IMG/VR virus record: IMGVR_UViG_3300032053_000002
Location: 62,001 to 126,000 of that record
Strand: one strand, 5' to 3'
Length of the DNA stretch: 64,000 nucleotides
Under the pieces are notes generated by a model. The model made no database searches. It saw only the letters and a list, made by a program, of their open reading frames with translations, and was not told the origin of the DNA. Each line of letters begins with the position of its first letter. Position 1 is the stretch's first letter. This document shows positions 37,923 to 49,492 of this stretch, piece by piece. The position numbers were made by a program, and so were the translations under genes.

Positions 37923-38501
37923 CTAGAATTGATAAGTCAAACTAAGCATTACTGGGATAACGGTTTGTTCATTGCCCCCACTTATACCTATCTCTTCCTC
38001 GTAGGATTCTAATATACTCTTTGACCGATCCGTATATATGGGATAACCGACCCATCCGTTAAATGCTATCTTTTGAGATAGAAAATATCTTATTCCAACG
38101 TGAATTTCATAATAAGTAATACTTCCTGTCCAACTCTCATCGCTATACGCAGATGTTGTTCCAACTCGTTCACTTAATATCCCGGCCCCAATTCCCAATA
38201 GCCATTTAGTTCGTGAAATAGATACATAGTCACCGAGAAAAATATTCCAACCGAACCATCCACCACCGCTTGTCGGTTTGTTTATCAAGTCTTCGTTATT
38301 TTCCCAATCAAATGCATGATATTCAAGAAAGAATTCGCCACTGCCTTGTGTTATTGTTAAAACGGGGCCGAGAACACTACACCCAACATTATAACTAGTT
38401 TCTTCTTTGCCAAATTCGTCTTGAGCATAAATCATAGAAAACAACATAAAAACAAAAAACATAACAATTAATTTTTTCATAACACACTCCTTTTTTATCA
38501 A
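37923..38501 (-). CDS. Outer-membrane beta-barrel protein
   Basis: Signal peptide, alternating beta strands, C-terminal LTYQF. Confidence 0.75.
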   Translation of the reverse strand: MIKKECVMKKLIVMFFVFMLFSMIYAQDEFGKEETSYNVGCSVLGPVLTITQGSGEFFLEYHAFDWENNEDLINKPTSGGGWFGWNIFLGDYVSISRTKWLLGIGAGILSERVGTTSAYSDESWTGSITYYEIHVGIRYFLSQKIAFNGWVGYPIYTDRSKSILESYEEEIGISGGNEQTVIPVMLSLTYQF

Positions 38502-38635
38502 CTTAAACTGATATACCTATTTTTAAAGCATTAGGTATAGTTCCGAGCAAATAATCTATTTCTAACATCATATTAGTTTTTTTGTTAATTTTTATCTTTT
38601 TCTTTCTTTTCTTAACTTTTTTCATTTACACCTCA

Positions 38636-39004
38636 TTATTCTTCATATACTCCGGTATTTTTAACAACGACATGCAATTCACTGTTATATGGGACTTTCA
38701 CATTACCAGATACGTAAAACGCCGTTGTTTCATATTCTGCACTTTCAATAGAAAATGAATGCCATTGATCATCTGCCATCGTAATTTTTCTGGTTTGACC
38801 ATAGTATGTATTTCCTTTGAAAGTTCCATCGATATAAGTATATATATCAAGTTGTTCGCTAGCATCAAAATAACTGACTACCGCATTCCTGATATATAAT
38901 ACACCGGGATTTTTCTTCGCAGGTGGATTTGATTCGGTTGGTGTTTCGCAACTGATGCCTATTAATCCAATCAACAATAAAATAAAAATTAAAAACTTTT
39001 TCAT
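38636..39004 (-). CDS. Lipoprotein
   Basis: LIGIS-C lipobox. Confidence 0.75.
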   Translation of the reverse strand: MKKFLIFILLLIGLIGISCETPTESNPPAKKNPGVLYIRNAVVSYFDASEQLDIYTYIDGTFKGNTYYGQTRKITMADDQWHSFSIESAEYETTAFYVSGNVKVPYNSELHVVVKNTGVYEE

Positions 39005-39016
39005 TTTGTTGTTCTC

Positions 39017-39490
39017 CTATCGTAAATTGATTTCTTTTAATGATTCGCAACTATCCGTTTTAATAACGGATTTTTTAATCGATGATAAGGTATCTGCTTT
39101 TATATTTTCTCCCATCATACTATACGAAGTACCTAACTCGACGCCATATCCGTCTAAATATAACCCGTAATAACTATCTTCACCATCTTTCATAAATTCA
39201 CCCGGATTTGCGGATAACTTATATGTCCCATAGTAATAATATAATTCATCGTACCCAGAATAATAATTATATTTCCACGCCGTCATATTATAACTATAAG
39301 TCCCGGGGGAACATTTATATTTCTGACCGTACGAAAAATATGAAGGTATACCAGAATTATTATCCCAATACGACTCTACTTCAGATGTCCAATAGATAGC
39401 TAAGTAGACATCACCATCGTCACCGGTGCAACTAATCATCGTAAACATTATTGACGACAGTATAAATAAAAAAATAATTAAACGTTTCAT
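39017..39490 (-). CDS. Lipoprotein
   Basis: MIS-C lipobox; Tyr-rich. Confidence 0.75.
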   Translation of the reverse strand: MKRLIIFLFILSSIMFTMISCTGDDGDVYLAIYWTSEVESYWDNNSGIPSYFSYGQKYKCSPGTYSYNMTAWKYNYYSGYDELYYYYGTYKLSANPGEFMKDGEDSYYGLYLDGYGVELGTSYSMMGENIKADTLSSIKKSVIKTDSCESLKEINLR

Positions 39491-40225
39491 GACTTTTTTC
39501 TCCTATTATTTAAAAAATTACACTGAACCAACCGGTTATTTTTAATAATTTTACGGTTGCATATAGTGTTGCACCAACTCCCCATGTTATTACGGAAATA
39601 ATCCCCACAACATACTCGTTTAAAAAAGCCGTCCCACACATTAAAAAAAGTATAGTCAAACTACTTATAAAAGTATATGCGCATATGTTTCTCAGAGAGT
39701 TACAAATCTCTGAAGGCCCATCTTCAAGACGCAATTTACTTCCATAATACATCCATAATGCAAAAACAAATAAGCTGAACATTATTAAAAATCCATAACA
39801 TACCATTGATACGCAAAGTAAAAATTCTGGATTATTCATTTTTTATTTCCTTTTCTATAAAATTGTTATAACCTCTATACCACACGATTTACATTCTAAG
39901 ACTTTAATATCGGAATGAATAATCGGCGTAAATCTATTGATTTCCGATTTACATATGGGGCAAAAACACATATATTGGTGGCTACCTTCTTCCAATATAG
40001 CCATTTTAGCGTTTGGATGTTCGTGTTTAATTTGTTCAAGTTCATCTTCTCCGAAATTCTCTTTATTAACTAATTCATAGCAGTGACCGCAATAAACGTG
40101 TCCATTATATCTTCTTGATGCTACATTGTCGCAATTTATTACGAAGCATTTCCCGAAAATTTTTAATGCCGCATTTTTCACAGAAAGTTTCTTAAAAAAT
40201 TCTTTCAAAGCGTTTTTAATACTCA

Positions 40226-40543
40226 TTATTTAACTTCTTCTTTCTTTACTTTCATTTCTCGCTTGAATTTTTTCTTTTCTTTTATTGGATCTTCGCCTTT
40301 CTTTACCTTGAATTTCTTTTCTTCTTCGGCAACAGCTTCCTCGGCCTGTTTTGGTTTGTTTGAGTGTTCGATAACAGCTTTTAGCCGAGTTCTTTCCTTT
40401 TGCGCACCAACTCCCACACCCAACATTTCGTCCAACCGTTTTAGTTGGTCTTGCGGGGTTCGTTTATCTCGTTGTTCCTGACGAACCTTTGCGTCTTCTT
40501 TGCGAGTTTTGACATTTTTTACGCTTTTGTTTCTACCTTTCAT
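40226..40543 (-). CDS. Basic, charged hypothetical protein
   Basis: RTPQDQLKRLD..LGVGVGAQKER. Confidence 0.65.
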   Translation of the reverse strand: MKGRNKSVKNVKTRKEDAKVRQEQRDKRTPQDQLKRLDEMLGVGVGAQKERTRLKAVIEHSNKPKQAEEAVAEEEKKFKVKKGEDPIKEKKKFKREMKVKKEEVK

Positions 40544-41926
40544 GGCGAATTCCTTTCTAATTATCTTGTGTACGTATAGTTTTTTTCGGACGAAACGCCC
40601 GTGGCAATAGTTTTAATAATCTAAATATAAACGTTTCGCGGTTCTTTATTTTTTCATCCAAGTACTGTTGCGCCGCTTCGTCGGTAGAAAAAGTTTGATT
40701 GTACGCAATCCAAAAATATAACATATACCACGTTTTTCGTTCAACCAAATAAACTTTATCGTATTCATCATATGATATTCGATAACGATAAAAATCACCG
40801 TCGGAATCTGCCCACCGCAATGCGACCTGTATAATAAGCGCAAACACATATAAAATTAAAATTGTTGCGGTCAATTCAAGTGGAGCAACCATAATAAAAC
40901 ACCCCAACAGTATTAAAAGAATTAATTTAAATAGTGAAGACTTCTTAAATAACATATTTCCTCCGAGTTTATATTATACCCCCCGCACCCATAGTGTTTT
41001 TAACTATCGAAGCGAGAAAAAGTTCCCGATTATTTTTAATTCATTGAAATACACGTGCTATTTTTTTGTATATTGGAAATAGTATCGTTTTCGTCTTCTT
41101 CAAATCGTTTCCTAGCTGCCAACAATATCCAAATGACTACTACGGCTACACAAACACTTAGCATATATAAAGATGCGATAATAAAATGCCCAGTGGCTGC
41201 CATAAAACCAATCAACACGCAATCCAATATAAATAAAATGTTTCTTTTAACCGATTTTTCTTTTAAGTTACGAAAGTTTTTATAACTCATCATCTTTTCT
41301 TTATCATCAAGCATTCCCATTTCATACATTGGAATTAGCAATATAGCTAATATAACAAACAAAACTAATTGAACCATGATTAAAAAAATAGTGAGATTCG
41401 CAGCGTATATCGCATATTCACTTTTGGAAAGTATTCCGTATACAACTAAAAACGGAAAAATGATAAAATCCATAAACCAAACAAATAATCTAATCATTTT
41501 TATTTCTCCTTTATAGTTATAGTAGGCATATCAATAGAAAACAATATCGCCAATATGATAAATCCCCAACCGTAAATACATATACCTATTATGGTAATAG
41601 TTATCATATATAAAAATCTAAACGGTCGTATTGTCCAATATCTACTTATTTGCATTTTTATTTTCCTTTATTTTTAATTTGTTTCGCGTCCGTCTATCTT
41701 GTCTTTTTTGAGATTCGTGGTTTTCAAGCGCGATAAGCATCTCTTGAAGATTTTTTCTATCTTCTAAAGAAGTCATATCACATCTTGATAAATAATTAAT
41801 GAAATCTTGGGCGACAAGAAACCCTCTTTTACAATAGACGTTATAAACATTTTTTCTTAATATATGATATTCTAACATAACTAAATATACGAAAATAAAA
41901 CCCCAATGTCAACTGATTTTTTATAG

Positions 41927-42010
41927 TGGTCGATGTGGGAGTTGAACCCACACGAACTTTCGCTCACGAGCTCCTTAGGCTCGCGCGTCTGCCAATTCCG
42001 CCAATCGACC
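41927..42010 (-). tRNA. tRNA-Leu (AAG)
   Basis: CGAGC CT AAG GA GCTCG; long variable arm, A73. Confidence 0.9.
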
Positions 42011-42264
42011 TCACTCCAATTTTTTATATTCACTGCATTCGACTAATACTTTATATCCGCAATCTTTCCACTTTTTACAGTGTTTGCATAAAGACGCATC
42101 ATATCGAGTTTCAAATTCTTCGGCATTATGTTCAATCCAATCTCCCACATAACCAAGTTCAAACGGGTCGCGTTTTATTCTTAGGCCTTCATACCATTTA
42201 TCGACATCAATTCGATGCAGTTGCATCTCCATAAATTTTCTGAACGGAGTGACTTTCATGACTT

Positions 42265-42624
42265 CTACCTAGATACTTGCTCCAAAACAAATTCAATATC
42301 TTCCGCCGTAAATGGTTTATGTAGAAAAAATACATTTATGTCGTTGGAAAGTTCGGCTAGCGGATATCCGCTCATCAAAACAATTTTAATATCCGAAGAC
42401 AGTGCTCTAATTTTTTCATATGCTTCTATACCGGATGTTTCCGGCATAATCATATCTAAAAACACAACACTTAAATTTTCAATATTGTCTTTTACTTTTT
42501 GAACGCCTGCATCACCGCCGTCCGCAGTAATAATTTCAAAATCCAATTCAAATGAATTTAATGTATCTCTGAAATAATCTATTAAATTTTCATCGTCGTC
42601 AACAATCAATATTAATTTTCCCAT
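42265..42624 (-). CDS. Stand-alone response-regulator receiver
   Basis: ILIVDDD, VFLDMIMP, LMSGY, LHKPF. Confidence 0.95.
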   Translation of the reverse strand: MGKLILIVDDDENLIDYFRDTLNSFELDFEIITADGGDAGVQKVKDNIENLSVVFLDMIMPETSGIEAYEKIRALSSDIKIVLMSGYPLAELSNDINVFFLHKPFTAEDIEFVLEQVSR

Positions 42625-42696
42625 TTTTCATTCTCCAAATCTAAATACCGCATAACCCTATATTATGATAATAAATATAAAAATAATATAATTATC

Positions 42697-43194
42697 TTAT
42701 TTGCAAAATCTATTTGCGGCATACGTGGCCGCGAAAGCATTAGGTTTGATCTGAACGTTGAATCCGCGGCCTCTCAGATATCCGATTGCAGAATCCTTGA
42801 TCATGTTGGATGCAAATTTTTCGTTTTCATTTGCATCAACATGCGCTTCAAATTCTGTAACATTAAATCCGTTGTCGCGAAGATACTCAGATACTTCCGC
42901 AAGTTTTTCTACTTCTTTCCAAAGTCTAGTGAAAATTCCGCCGCGGCTCTCATCATATTTTCTTTCTTTTTCTCTAGTATGAATAACATGAACTCCGCGA
43001 CCGATTCCATCAGTTACTCTGCGAATGCCAACGGCAACAGAATAAATAGTATGGATTCTATTTACCTGAGAATCGCAACCGACATAAATTTCGTATTGCG
43101 CAGTATTGTCCTTTTCCATATACTCACGAATATATTTCGCCAAATCAGAAATTTTCTTTCCGCTCTGAGTATAAAAAAGTCTGGTCTTGTTCAT
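42697..43194 (-). CDS. RNase H-like YkuK-family protein
   Basis: YVGCDSQ, RLWKEVE, HVDAN, IKPNAFAATYAAN. Confidence 0.85.
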   Translation of the reverse strand: MNKTRLFYTQSGKKISDLAKYIREYMEKDNTAQYEIYVGCDSQVNRIHTIYSVAVGIRRVTDGIGRGVHVIHTREKERKYDESRGGIFTRLWKEVEKLAEVSEYLRDNGFNVTEFEAHVDANENEKFASNMIKDSAIGYLRGRGFNVQIKPNAFAATYAANRFCK

Positions 43195-43475
43195 GTTGTT
43201 TTTCCTCTTTTAATTAAATATAACCTTTATTCTTCTTTTTTAATATTATGTCTAAAAAATCTCATTTCGGCGACAAATAATTCTAATAATTCTATTATTT
43301 TCGCCACTCCGAAACTAATTGCTCCGAAGAAAAAATATATCATGGACATCGATGCTACTTCGCGCATATATGTCCCTCTCGTTACAAATTCTACCACCAC
43401 TCCAGTAAAATAAATCAACCCGAGAAACACACAGGTCGCGGCGAGCAAATTAATAAAAATTTTCATCTATCCCCC

Positions 43476-43946
43476 CTATTTGATAAACTTGTTTTTGTTT
43501 TGTTCTTCGATTCGAAATCCTTCACGTATCTCCATCAGCATTTTTCCTAGCATATTATATCCGAGACCTTTCTTATTTCTCCCCCAGTAAAAATCTTTTT
43601 CGCTTAATTCTATTATTTCCGCGGTTCCCGTTGATAATAATAAATTTCTAAAACATGGAATACGAAATTTTGTTTTTAACGCCTCGAGCATTATGAAATC
43701 TTTTTTTTCGTTCCAGTTTTTTCTTATATACGGCCGTAATTCTTCTTTCCACGCAGCTTCCTTAGCGAGTATAGCCGTCAGCTTCATCCGTATGTATTCT
43801 TCCCACTCCGTTCCAGCAAACTTTTGTGATTGATAGAAATTTTCTACGGATGAATAATTCTTACCATTTATCTCTAATGAAACGGGATAAAAGTTACTGA
43901 ATTCGCCGTACGGATCTTTTAATTTGCTAAAGTATATCGTTTCCAT
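43476..43946 (-). CDS. NADAR-family protein
   Basis: FSNFY, SVENFYQSQKF, KF...LLLSTG...E.S..D.YWG, NMLGKMLM. Confidence 0.93.
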   Translation of the reverse strand: METIYFSKLKDPYGEFSNFYPVSLEINGKNYSSVENFYQSQKFAGTEWEEYIRMKLTAILAKEAAWKEELRPYIRKNWNEKKDFIMLEALKTKFRIPCFRNLLLSTGTAEIIELSEKDFYWGRNKKGLGYNMLGKMLMEIREGFRIEEQNKNKFIK

Positions 43947-44659
43947 TTTTTAAGTATAATTTGCTCTCTTATATTAACTTGATTCCACGGAATATCATTT
44001 CCGATATTTTCATCAATTTCATATGTGATGCGAGCCAGTGGCGGTAAACAAACAAATAGCGTTCCATTGATATATTCCGCAATAGATTCGTGCCAGTGCC
44101 CAAATATCCAAATTTTTGGTTTATGTATTCCAAACATCGCATCCATCGCCATTGTTGTACGAGTACTGTGCACGTTCAGCAATCTAAAAAGTTGCGCAGA
44201 AACATTTTTCGGGCATTCGTGGCAAATCACTATTTCAGGTTTAACTTTTTCATATAAATTAATCGCTTTCGCCAATTCTTCATGCGACAATTCTTCCTGT
44301 GGCCACCAATCTATTCCAATCGTTCTAAAATCTCTGTCTATTGAATATGCGCCTCTGACCGTAAAAAATTTAAACCACGCATTTTCATGAGTTATGGGTT
44401 CTTTAAAATCAGAACCGACATACCAGTTAATATAACCATAATCTTTGAGCGCGTATTCTCTCCGTATCCCGTGATAATCTTCATGGTTTCCCAGAACAAT
44501 TTTATGTCTATGCGGATCTATATTAAAGTCCACCAATTTTTTCCACTCGGTCGCAAATCCGAAATCACCCACTTGAATAGAATATTGCGCGTCTTTTATT
44601 ATATTCAGATATTGTTCAAAACAACCGTGAACATCTCCGATAATGGTAATTTTTGTCAA
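43919..44659 (-). CDS. Metallophosphoesterase
   Basis: GDVHG, VGD, GNHE, CHECP, FGHWH. Confidence 0.9.
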   Translation of the reverse strand: MTKITIIGDVHGCFEQYLNIIKDAQYSIQVGDFGFATEWKKLVDFNIDPHRHKIVLGNHEDYHGIRREYALKDYGYINWYVGSDFKEPITHENAWFKFFTVRGAYSIDRDFRTIGIDWWPQEELSHEELAKAINLYEKVKPEIVICHECPKNVSAQLFRLLNVHSTRTTMAMDAMFGIHKPKIWIFGHWHESIAEYINGTLFVCLPPLARITYEIDENIGNDIPWNQVNIREQIILKKWKRYTLAN

Positions 44660-44660
44660 C

Positions 44661-45131
44661 TCATAACTCCAATTTATATTTATATACGCAACTTTCTATT
44701 GTCGCGATAGTGTCGTGGTATGCGCCTCCGTGTGATATAACACAAATATGTTCAACTTTAAATCCGCGTGTTTCTCCCATAGAAACGGACTGATACCCGA
44801 AAGTTATTACCTTAGTTCCTAACTTGCACAACTTCGGTAACTCGTCTTTTATTTTCCTAAACTTACTGACTACTCGGCCACCGTATTTTTCCATAGATTT
44901 CCGATACGAATATGGCGGGTCTAATATAATCATATCGAATATCATTTTTTGTTCTGTCGCCAACAAAACGTAATCGAACGCGTCCATACAATACTCAGGT
45001 GTCACGGCTTCATCAATATCAACGCGAATCTCTTTTATATTGCTATCGAATAGGCGAGTTTTTCCAGCAAACAAATTTAAAACGTTTTCGCCAACCGCAT
45101 TTTCTATAACCCACTTACCGACTTCAGGCAT
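44661..45131 (-). CDS. Small amino-methyltransferase-like protein (start may be further upstream)
   Basis: LNLFAG, DPPY motif. Confidence 0.7.
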   Translation of the reverse strand: MPEVGKWVIENAVGENVLNLFAGKTRLFDSNIKEIRVDIDEAVTPEYCMDAFDYVLLATEQKMIFDMIILDPPYSYRKSMEKYGGRVVSKFRKIKDELPKLCKLGTKVITFGYQSVSMGETRGFKVEHICVISHGGAYHDTIATIESCVYKYKLEL

Positions 45132-46200
45132 CTCAAACGTATATCGTCTCGGATTTTGTTTTAAATAAGTAAATTGTATTTTAATGGCGTTTACGATTTT
45201 TAATTACCTCGTAAATAAGACAAATTGCGACGACACATAAAATAATTAATATTACCATTTTAATCCCACCACTTCTTAAAGTGTTTTAATTGGTTAAACA
45301 ATAATTCAGTATCCTGCGCTTCATGATCATCCAACCATTTAAAAGCTTTTTCGCGATTTACCGATAATAAAACTTTATATTGTTTTGAAGATGCATAGTT
45401 ATCTTTTATTATTCGGCCTATCAGATTTTTGCACGTTTTCATGCGGCGAGTTTCTCTTTCCGTTCCCACAAAAGTGTCCGCCTTTTCGTGATATGACTCC
45501 ATCAGCGACAACTTCTTTTTTAGAATGACCATTAAAAAATACCAATCCCAATCCCGGTCGTTCCACATTATTTCAATCCAAATAAGTAAATTTTTTATTC
45601 CATACCAAAAATCTCGAGGCGCGTTTATCATAAAAAATCGTGCTCGATTCCACCGACATGAAATGCTTTCCAAAAAAGTGTATCGATGTTGTTTTAATGA
45701 GAAAATCATTTCATCTACCGAATCAAACGTTAAATATTCATCTTTTTTCATTTTAAACCTTATCTTGTTTAACTTTACTTTCAGATTGTTCCATGGCTCT
45801 TTCTATTTTGGATTTTACTTGCGATAGATATTCCATTAAAACAAGTATGTCCCCATCACTTATTTCAATATAAAAAGGCAATTTTGCCAACCAATCTATT
45901 ATGAATTTCCAATTGGGGCGAAATTCTTGTAACAATTCTTCTTTAGATTTCATTTTATCAACGAATCGATTTCTTTTGCGAATTTGTTTATATCAATAAT
46001 CATTTTTTGCAATTTTTTAGAATACTTTTCCATTCGCTTTCTTATTTTCTTTGGCGTGTCTTCATTTGAAAATAAAAATTTAATACGAGTTACCGCATTT
46101 GAAATTTCTCCACCAACTTTTTTAATTTGTTCGGCGAGTAAAATGTTGCCACTACTTACTGACATCTATATTTCTCCCATTTTTTATCAAATATAAATAG

Positions 46201-46458
46201 ATTAAAAGATTGCTTCTATAACCAGGATTCTGTATGGTATTTCTACCACGGTAATCATTTCTCTACCGGCGTTCTACCCGACCGTAAGTCCCGCTTACAA
46301 ACCGGTCTGCTCGAACTTGCACGAAATCGTTCATTCGTTTCGCGTGGTACCGCGATATACTATAAAACTATCTCCCACACCAAGCGGCCCGTGTCCTGAG
46401 TTTCCTCTCGCGCCACTTATCGTGGTCTGCGAGCGATTACCCGAAACAATCTTTTAAT
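46201..46458 (-). ncRNA. rnpB: RNase P RNA (compact)
   Basis: P1 AAAAGATTGTTTC/GAAGCAATCTTTT; P2 GGTAATCG/TGATTACC; P3; GAGGAAACTCAGGA pairs with ACAGAATCCTGGTTAT (P4 with bulged U); P15 with GGGTA loop; P19 TGGTA-GAAA-TACCA. Confidence 0.92.
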
Positions 46459-46627
46459 CAAAGAACGAATTTTTGAATCTGATTCCTTGTGAGAACTACG
46501 AGTAAAGTTATATACTGTGTAATCTTTATTTCCGGTGATATAATCTTCTGGATTAAAACTTTTTGTATTCATTTTATTAAACCTTTTTATTTTAACTAGT
46601 TAAATATACAAAATTTTATGATGTTTG

Positions 46628-47113
46628 TCAAGTATTATTATATCTTTCCGTATTTTTATTATAAAAATTTATAATCGTATCATAAATTAACGTATTATAA
46701 AATCTTTTATCATACAACGATTCCACATATTTATCCGAATCTTCGCCGTTAAGTATTTTGGATACGGCTAATGCAACCGCAACCGATCTAGACATTCCGG
46801 CTTCGCAATTTATTAAAATATCGTTTACGTCATGTTTATATCTAAGAACGAAATCTACAATACGTTTAGCAAGAAATTCCGAAAAATGAATAAGATCATT
46901 CATGTCTACTCGATAAAATGAATTAACGTCACCGTCATAATTTATATCATGAAATTCCAGATACAAAACATCTTTACAAAAAGAAGTCTCAGGCAACCTA
47001 TAAAATGGAGCTCCCGGAGAAAATATGGAAATGGCGACGAACGGAATTTTAATTCCATCGATAAATACCTTATCGGTAGCCATACGTTTATTTATCGCAA
47101 CTATTTTATACAT
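46628..47113 (-). CDS. Cys-based protein tyrosine/dual-specificity phosphatase
   Basis: NCEAGMSRS (Cx5R); FHD acid loop. Confidence 0.88.
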   Translation of the reverse strand: MYKIVAINKRMATDKVFIDGIKIPFVAISIFSPGAPFYRLPETSFCKDVLYLEFHDINYDGDVNSFYRVDMNDLIHFSEFLAKRIVDFVLRYKHDVNDILINCEAGMSRSVAVALAVSKILNGEDSDKYVESLYDKRFYNTLIYDTIINFYNKNTERYNNT

Positions 47114-47347
47114 AGTATAATATAACCAATTTTTTATAGAAAGTCAACCGCTACTTTAACAGAAAATTCGCCAGCCTAATTATAAAAATAATTACGAATG
47201 CCCAGAATCCTATTCCGAAAGCAGTTCGGTCAAACACCGTCGATTTACCTCGGGAATCAAAGATGATATACAACACCATTAGTCCACCGAATAAAAACAA
47301 CAAACCAACACCGATATAAATTAATAAGTTTAACATTCCATTTCCTT

Positions 47348-47647
47348 TTAACTTTTTATGTATGTTTTAGCAACATGCGCGATATCGCGAATTCGTTTAG
47401 TATGACCAGAAGTTTCCAATTTTTCAAGACAAACCACAATCTTTTCATAGTCTAATTGCGGATAATAATATTTCATTTTAATCAGATTGACAATAGAAGA
47501 TTCCACAACTCCGTCGTTATTGTGTTGTAATCCATTTAAATAATTAGCGAGACCCCGCTCAATTTTAATAGCCGAATCATTTACTTGCGACAATACTTGC
47601 GAAAACATTACGCTAATCAATATCACTACTAAAAAAAGTTTTTTCAT
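47348..47647 (-). CDS. Secreted protein, probably host-derived
   Basis: Signal peptide; NYLNGLQHNNDGVVESSI. Confidence 0.65.
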   Translation of the reverse strand: MKKLFLVVILISVMFSQVLSQVNDSAIKIERGLANYLNGLQHNNDGVVESSIVNLIKMKYYYPQLDYEKIVVCLEKLETSGHTKRIRDIAHVAKTYIKS

Positions 47648-47735
47648 TTTCTCTCTCCTTTTGTTTACATACTATTAAACGAAAAGAAAGAGTAAATGTT
47701 GTCACATCCAAGTAAACAATTGTAAAAAATTGTCA

Positions 47736-47825
47736 TGGCGGAGAGCATAGGATTTGAACCTACGCTGCGTTACCGCAGGCCTCGCCTTTCCAGGGCGGCA
47801 CAATACCTGATTCTGTCAACTCTCC
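47736..47825 (-). tRNA. tRNA-Ser (GGA), CCA encoded
   Basis: CGCC CT GGA AA GGCG; long arm, G73. Confidence 0.93.
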
Positions 47826-48130
47826 ATCTTTCTTTACTGATCCAACTTTAAAAAATTATAAAATTTTTTTAACTCTCGCATAGTCATCACAACCCTTTTT
47901 ACTCCATATACCACAGAATAAACGGCATCGAGTTCTGGAGTATAAACAAAACTCTCGGATTCTTTTCCGGTATCTAATAAATGTTTATCTTTAATCCACA
48001 CCATTTTTCCGTTAAACGGATATTTTTCAATAAATGTCCAACCATCTTTTCGTAATCGTCTCGGTGTAATTTTGAGCATCCATAAGTCTCCTTTGTATCG
48101 CGTTACGAATTTCATTTTTTAAGTTTTTCG

Positions 48131-48217
48131 CGGAGAGCATAGGATTTGAACCTACACGACTTTTCAGTCGACCTCGCATTTCGAGTGCGGTACAATACCG
48201 GATTCTGTCAACTCTCC
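48131..48217 (-). tRNA. tRNA-Ser (CGA)
   Basis: CGCA CT CGA AA TGCG. Confidence 0.93.
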
Positions 48218-48427
48218 ATAATATTAATATTTCCTTTTAGATTTTCTGAAAGTCTCCAATACGTTCGGATCGGTTGTTGGTGATTTCTTTTCCGCCCACT
48301 TTTTCTCTTTATTTTCCGTCCACTTTGTTAATTGTTTATTCACAAAATATAAAATAAATACGGCGACTAAAACAATCAATCCAATAAATAAAACGTTCAT
48401 ATGTATTTCCTTTCTATTGGCTTTTCG

Positions 48428-48513
48428 CGGAAGATGAAGGATTTGAACCCTCGCGTCCAAAGGACGACCTCAGCTTTCAAGGCTGGTGCGATGCCGGACT
48501 CCGCCAATCTTCC
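48428..48513 (-). tRNA. tRNA-Ser (TGA)
   Basis: CAGC CT TGA AA GCTG. Confidence 0.93.
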
Positions 48514-48772
48514 AATACTATTTTTCTTTATCTTCTTTTCTTTTATTAAGGAATATTTTATTTATCAACGTCCATGCACTTAATCCAATAGAAATTAAAA
48601 CTCCTAATTCCTTAACTACATCTAATAAATAATAAATGTTTAATTTTTGAAGTATGTATGTTAATAAAAACGCTCCCGCTGCCGCAGAAACTAAAAATTC
48701 TGTTACCGCGTGCCACATCCGTGACTTCCAAAACTTACCTGTTATGTTTTTCATAACATAAACTCCAATTAG

Positions 48773-48858
48773 CGGAGAGTATAGGATTTGAACCTATGTG
48801 CCCAAAGGGCAACCTCGGTTTAGCAAACCGGTACAATACCTGACTCTGCCAACTCTCC
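48773..48858 (-). tRNA. tRNA-Ser (GCT)
   Basis: CGGT TT GCT AA ACCG. Confidence 0.93.
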
Positions 48859-48964
48859 AGAACGATCTTTATTTCATTTTTATCGCCATGGTGTTTCTCC
48901 AAATTTTTATATATAGATAAATATACGAAAATAAAATATACAAGTCAAGTTATTTGTTGAGTAT

Positions 48965-49435
48965 TTATAACTCAAAACTTTCTACTTCTTCTGGCGACAA
49001 ATCATACACACTAGAAAATAGTGTTTTAAGATTGCTGTGCCAGTCGACTCCGTATTTCTTAACTATTATATAAAATTCGTTAATATCATGTCTTCTAATC
49101 CGATATTCCCATTCGCCAGATTTATCATTTGTTATCGCTAAAACATGCAATAACTCGTGCCATAACAGTATCATTCGCTGTTCTTCTGTTATTTTATCCC
49201 AAAACTCCCCAGATAATTCTATAACATAATCGCATTCACCAAACACTTTTAATAAGTTACTGGCTCTGGTGCATCTTCCGGCCGTTGTTTTGCTTATTGT
49301 GGGATAAACTAATAGATACTTTATTCTTGCGTTACCTATTTGAATTAGTTTATCTTTGATAACTTCTTCCGCCAAATTTTCCACATCTGGCGACTTAACA
49401 TACTCTTTTTTCTTAATTTTTGTTGTGTTGGACAT
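48965..49435 (-). CDS. Putative phage metallopeptidase
   Basis: LLWHELLH (HExxH), RRHDINEF. Confidence 0.8.
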   Translation of the reverse strand: MSNTTKIKKKEYVKSPDVENLAEEVIKDKLIQIGNARIKYLLVYPTISKTTAGRCTRASNLLKVFGECDYVIELSGEFWDKITEEQRMILLWHELLHVLAITNDKSGEWEYRIRRHDINEFYIIVKKYGVDWHSNLKTLFSSVYDLSPEEVESFEL

Positions 49436-49492
49436 GACATACCTCCGTTAATATATTACTATAAGTTAAACGAAATTTTTCAAAAAAAGTTC

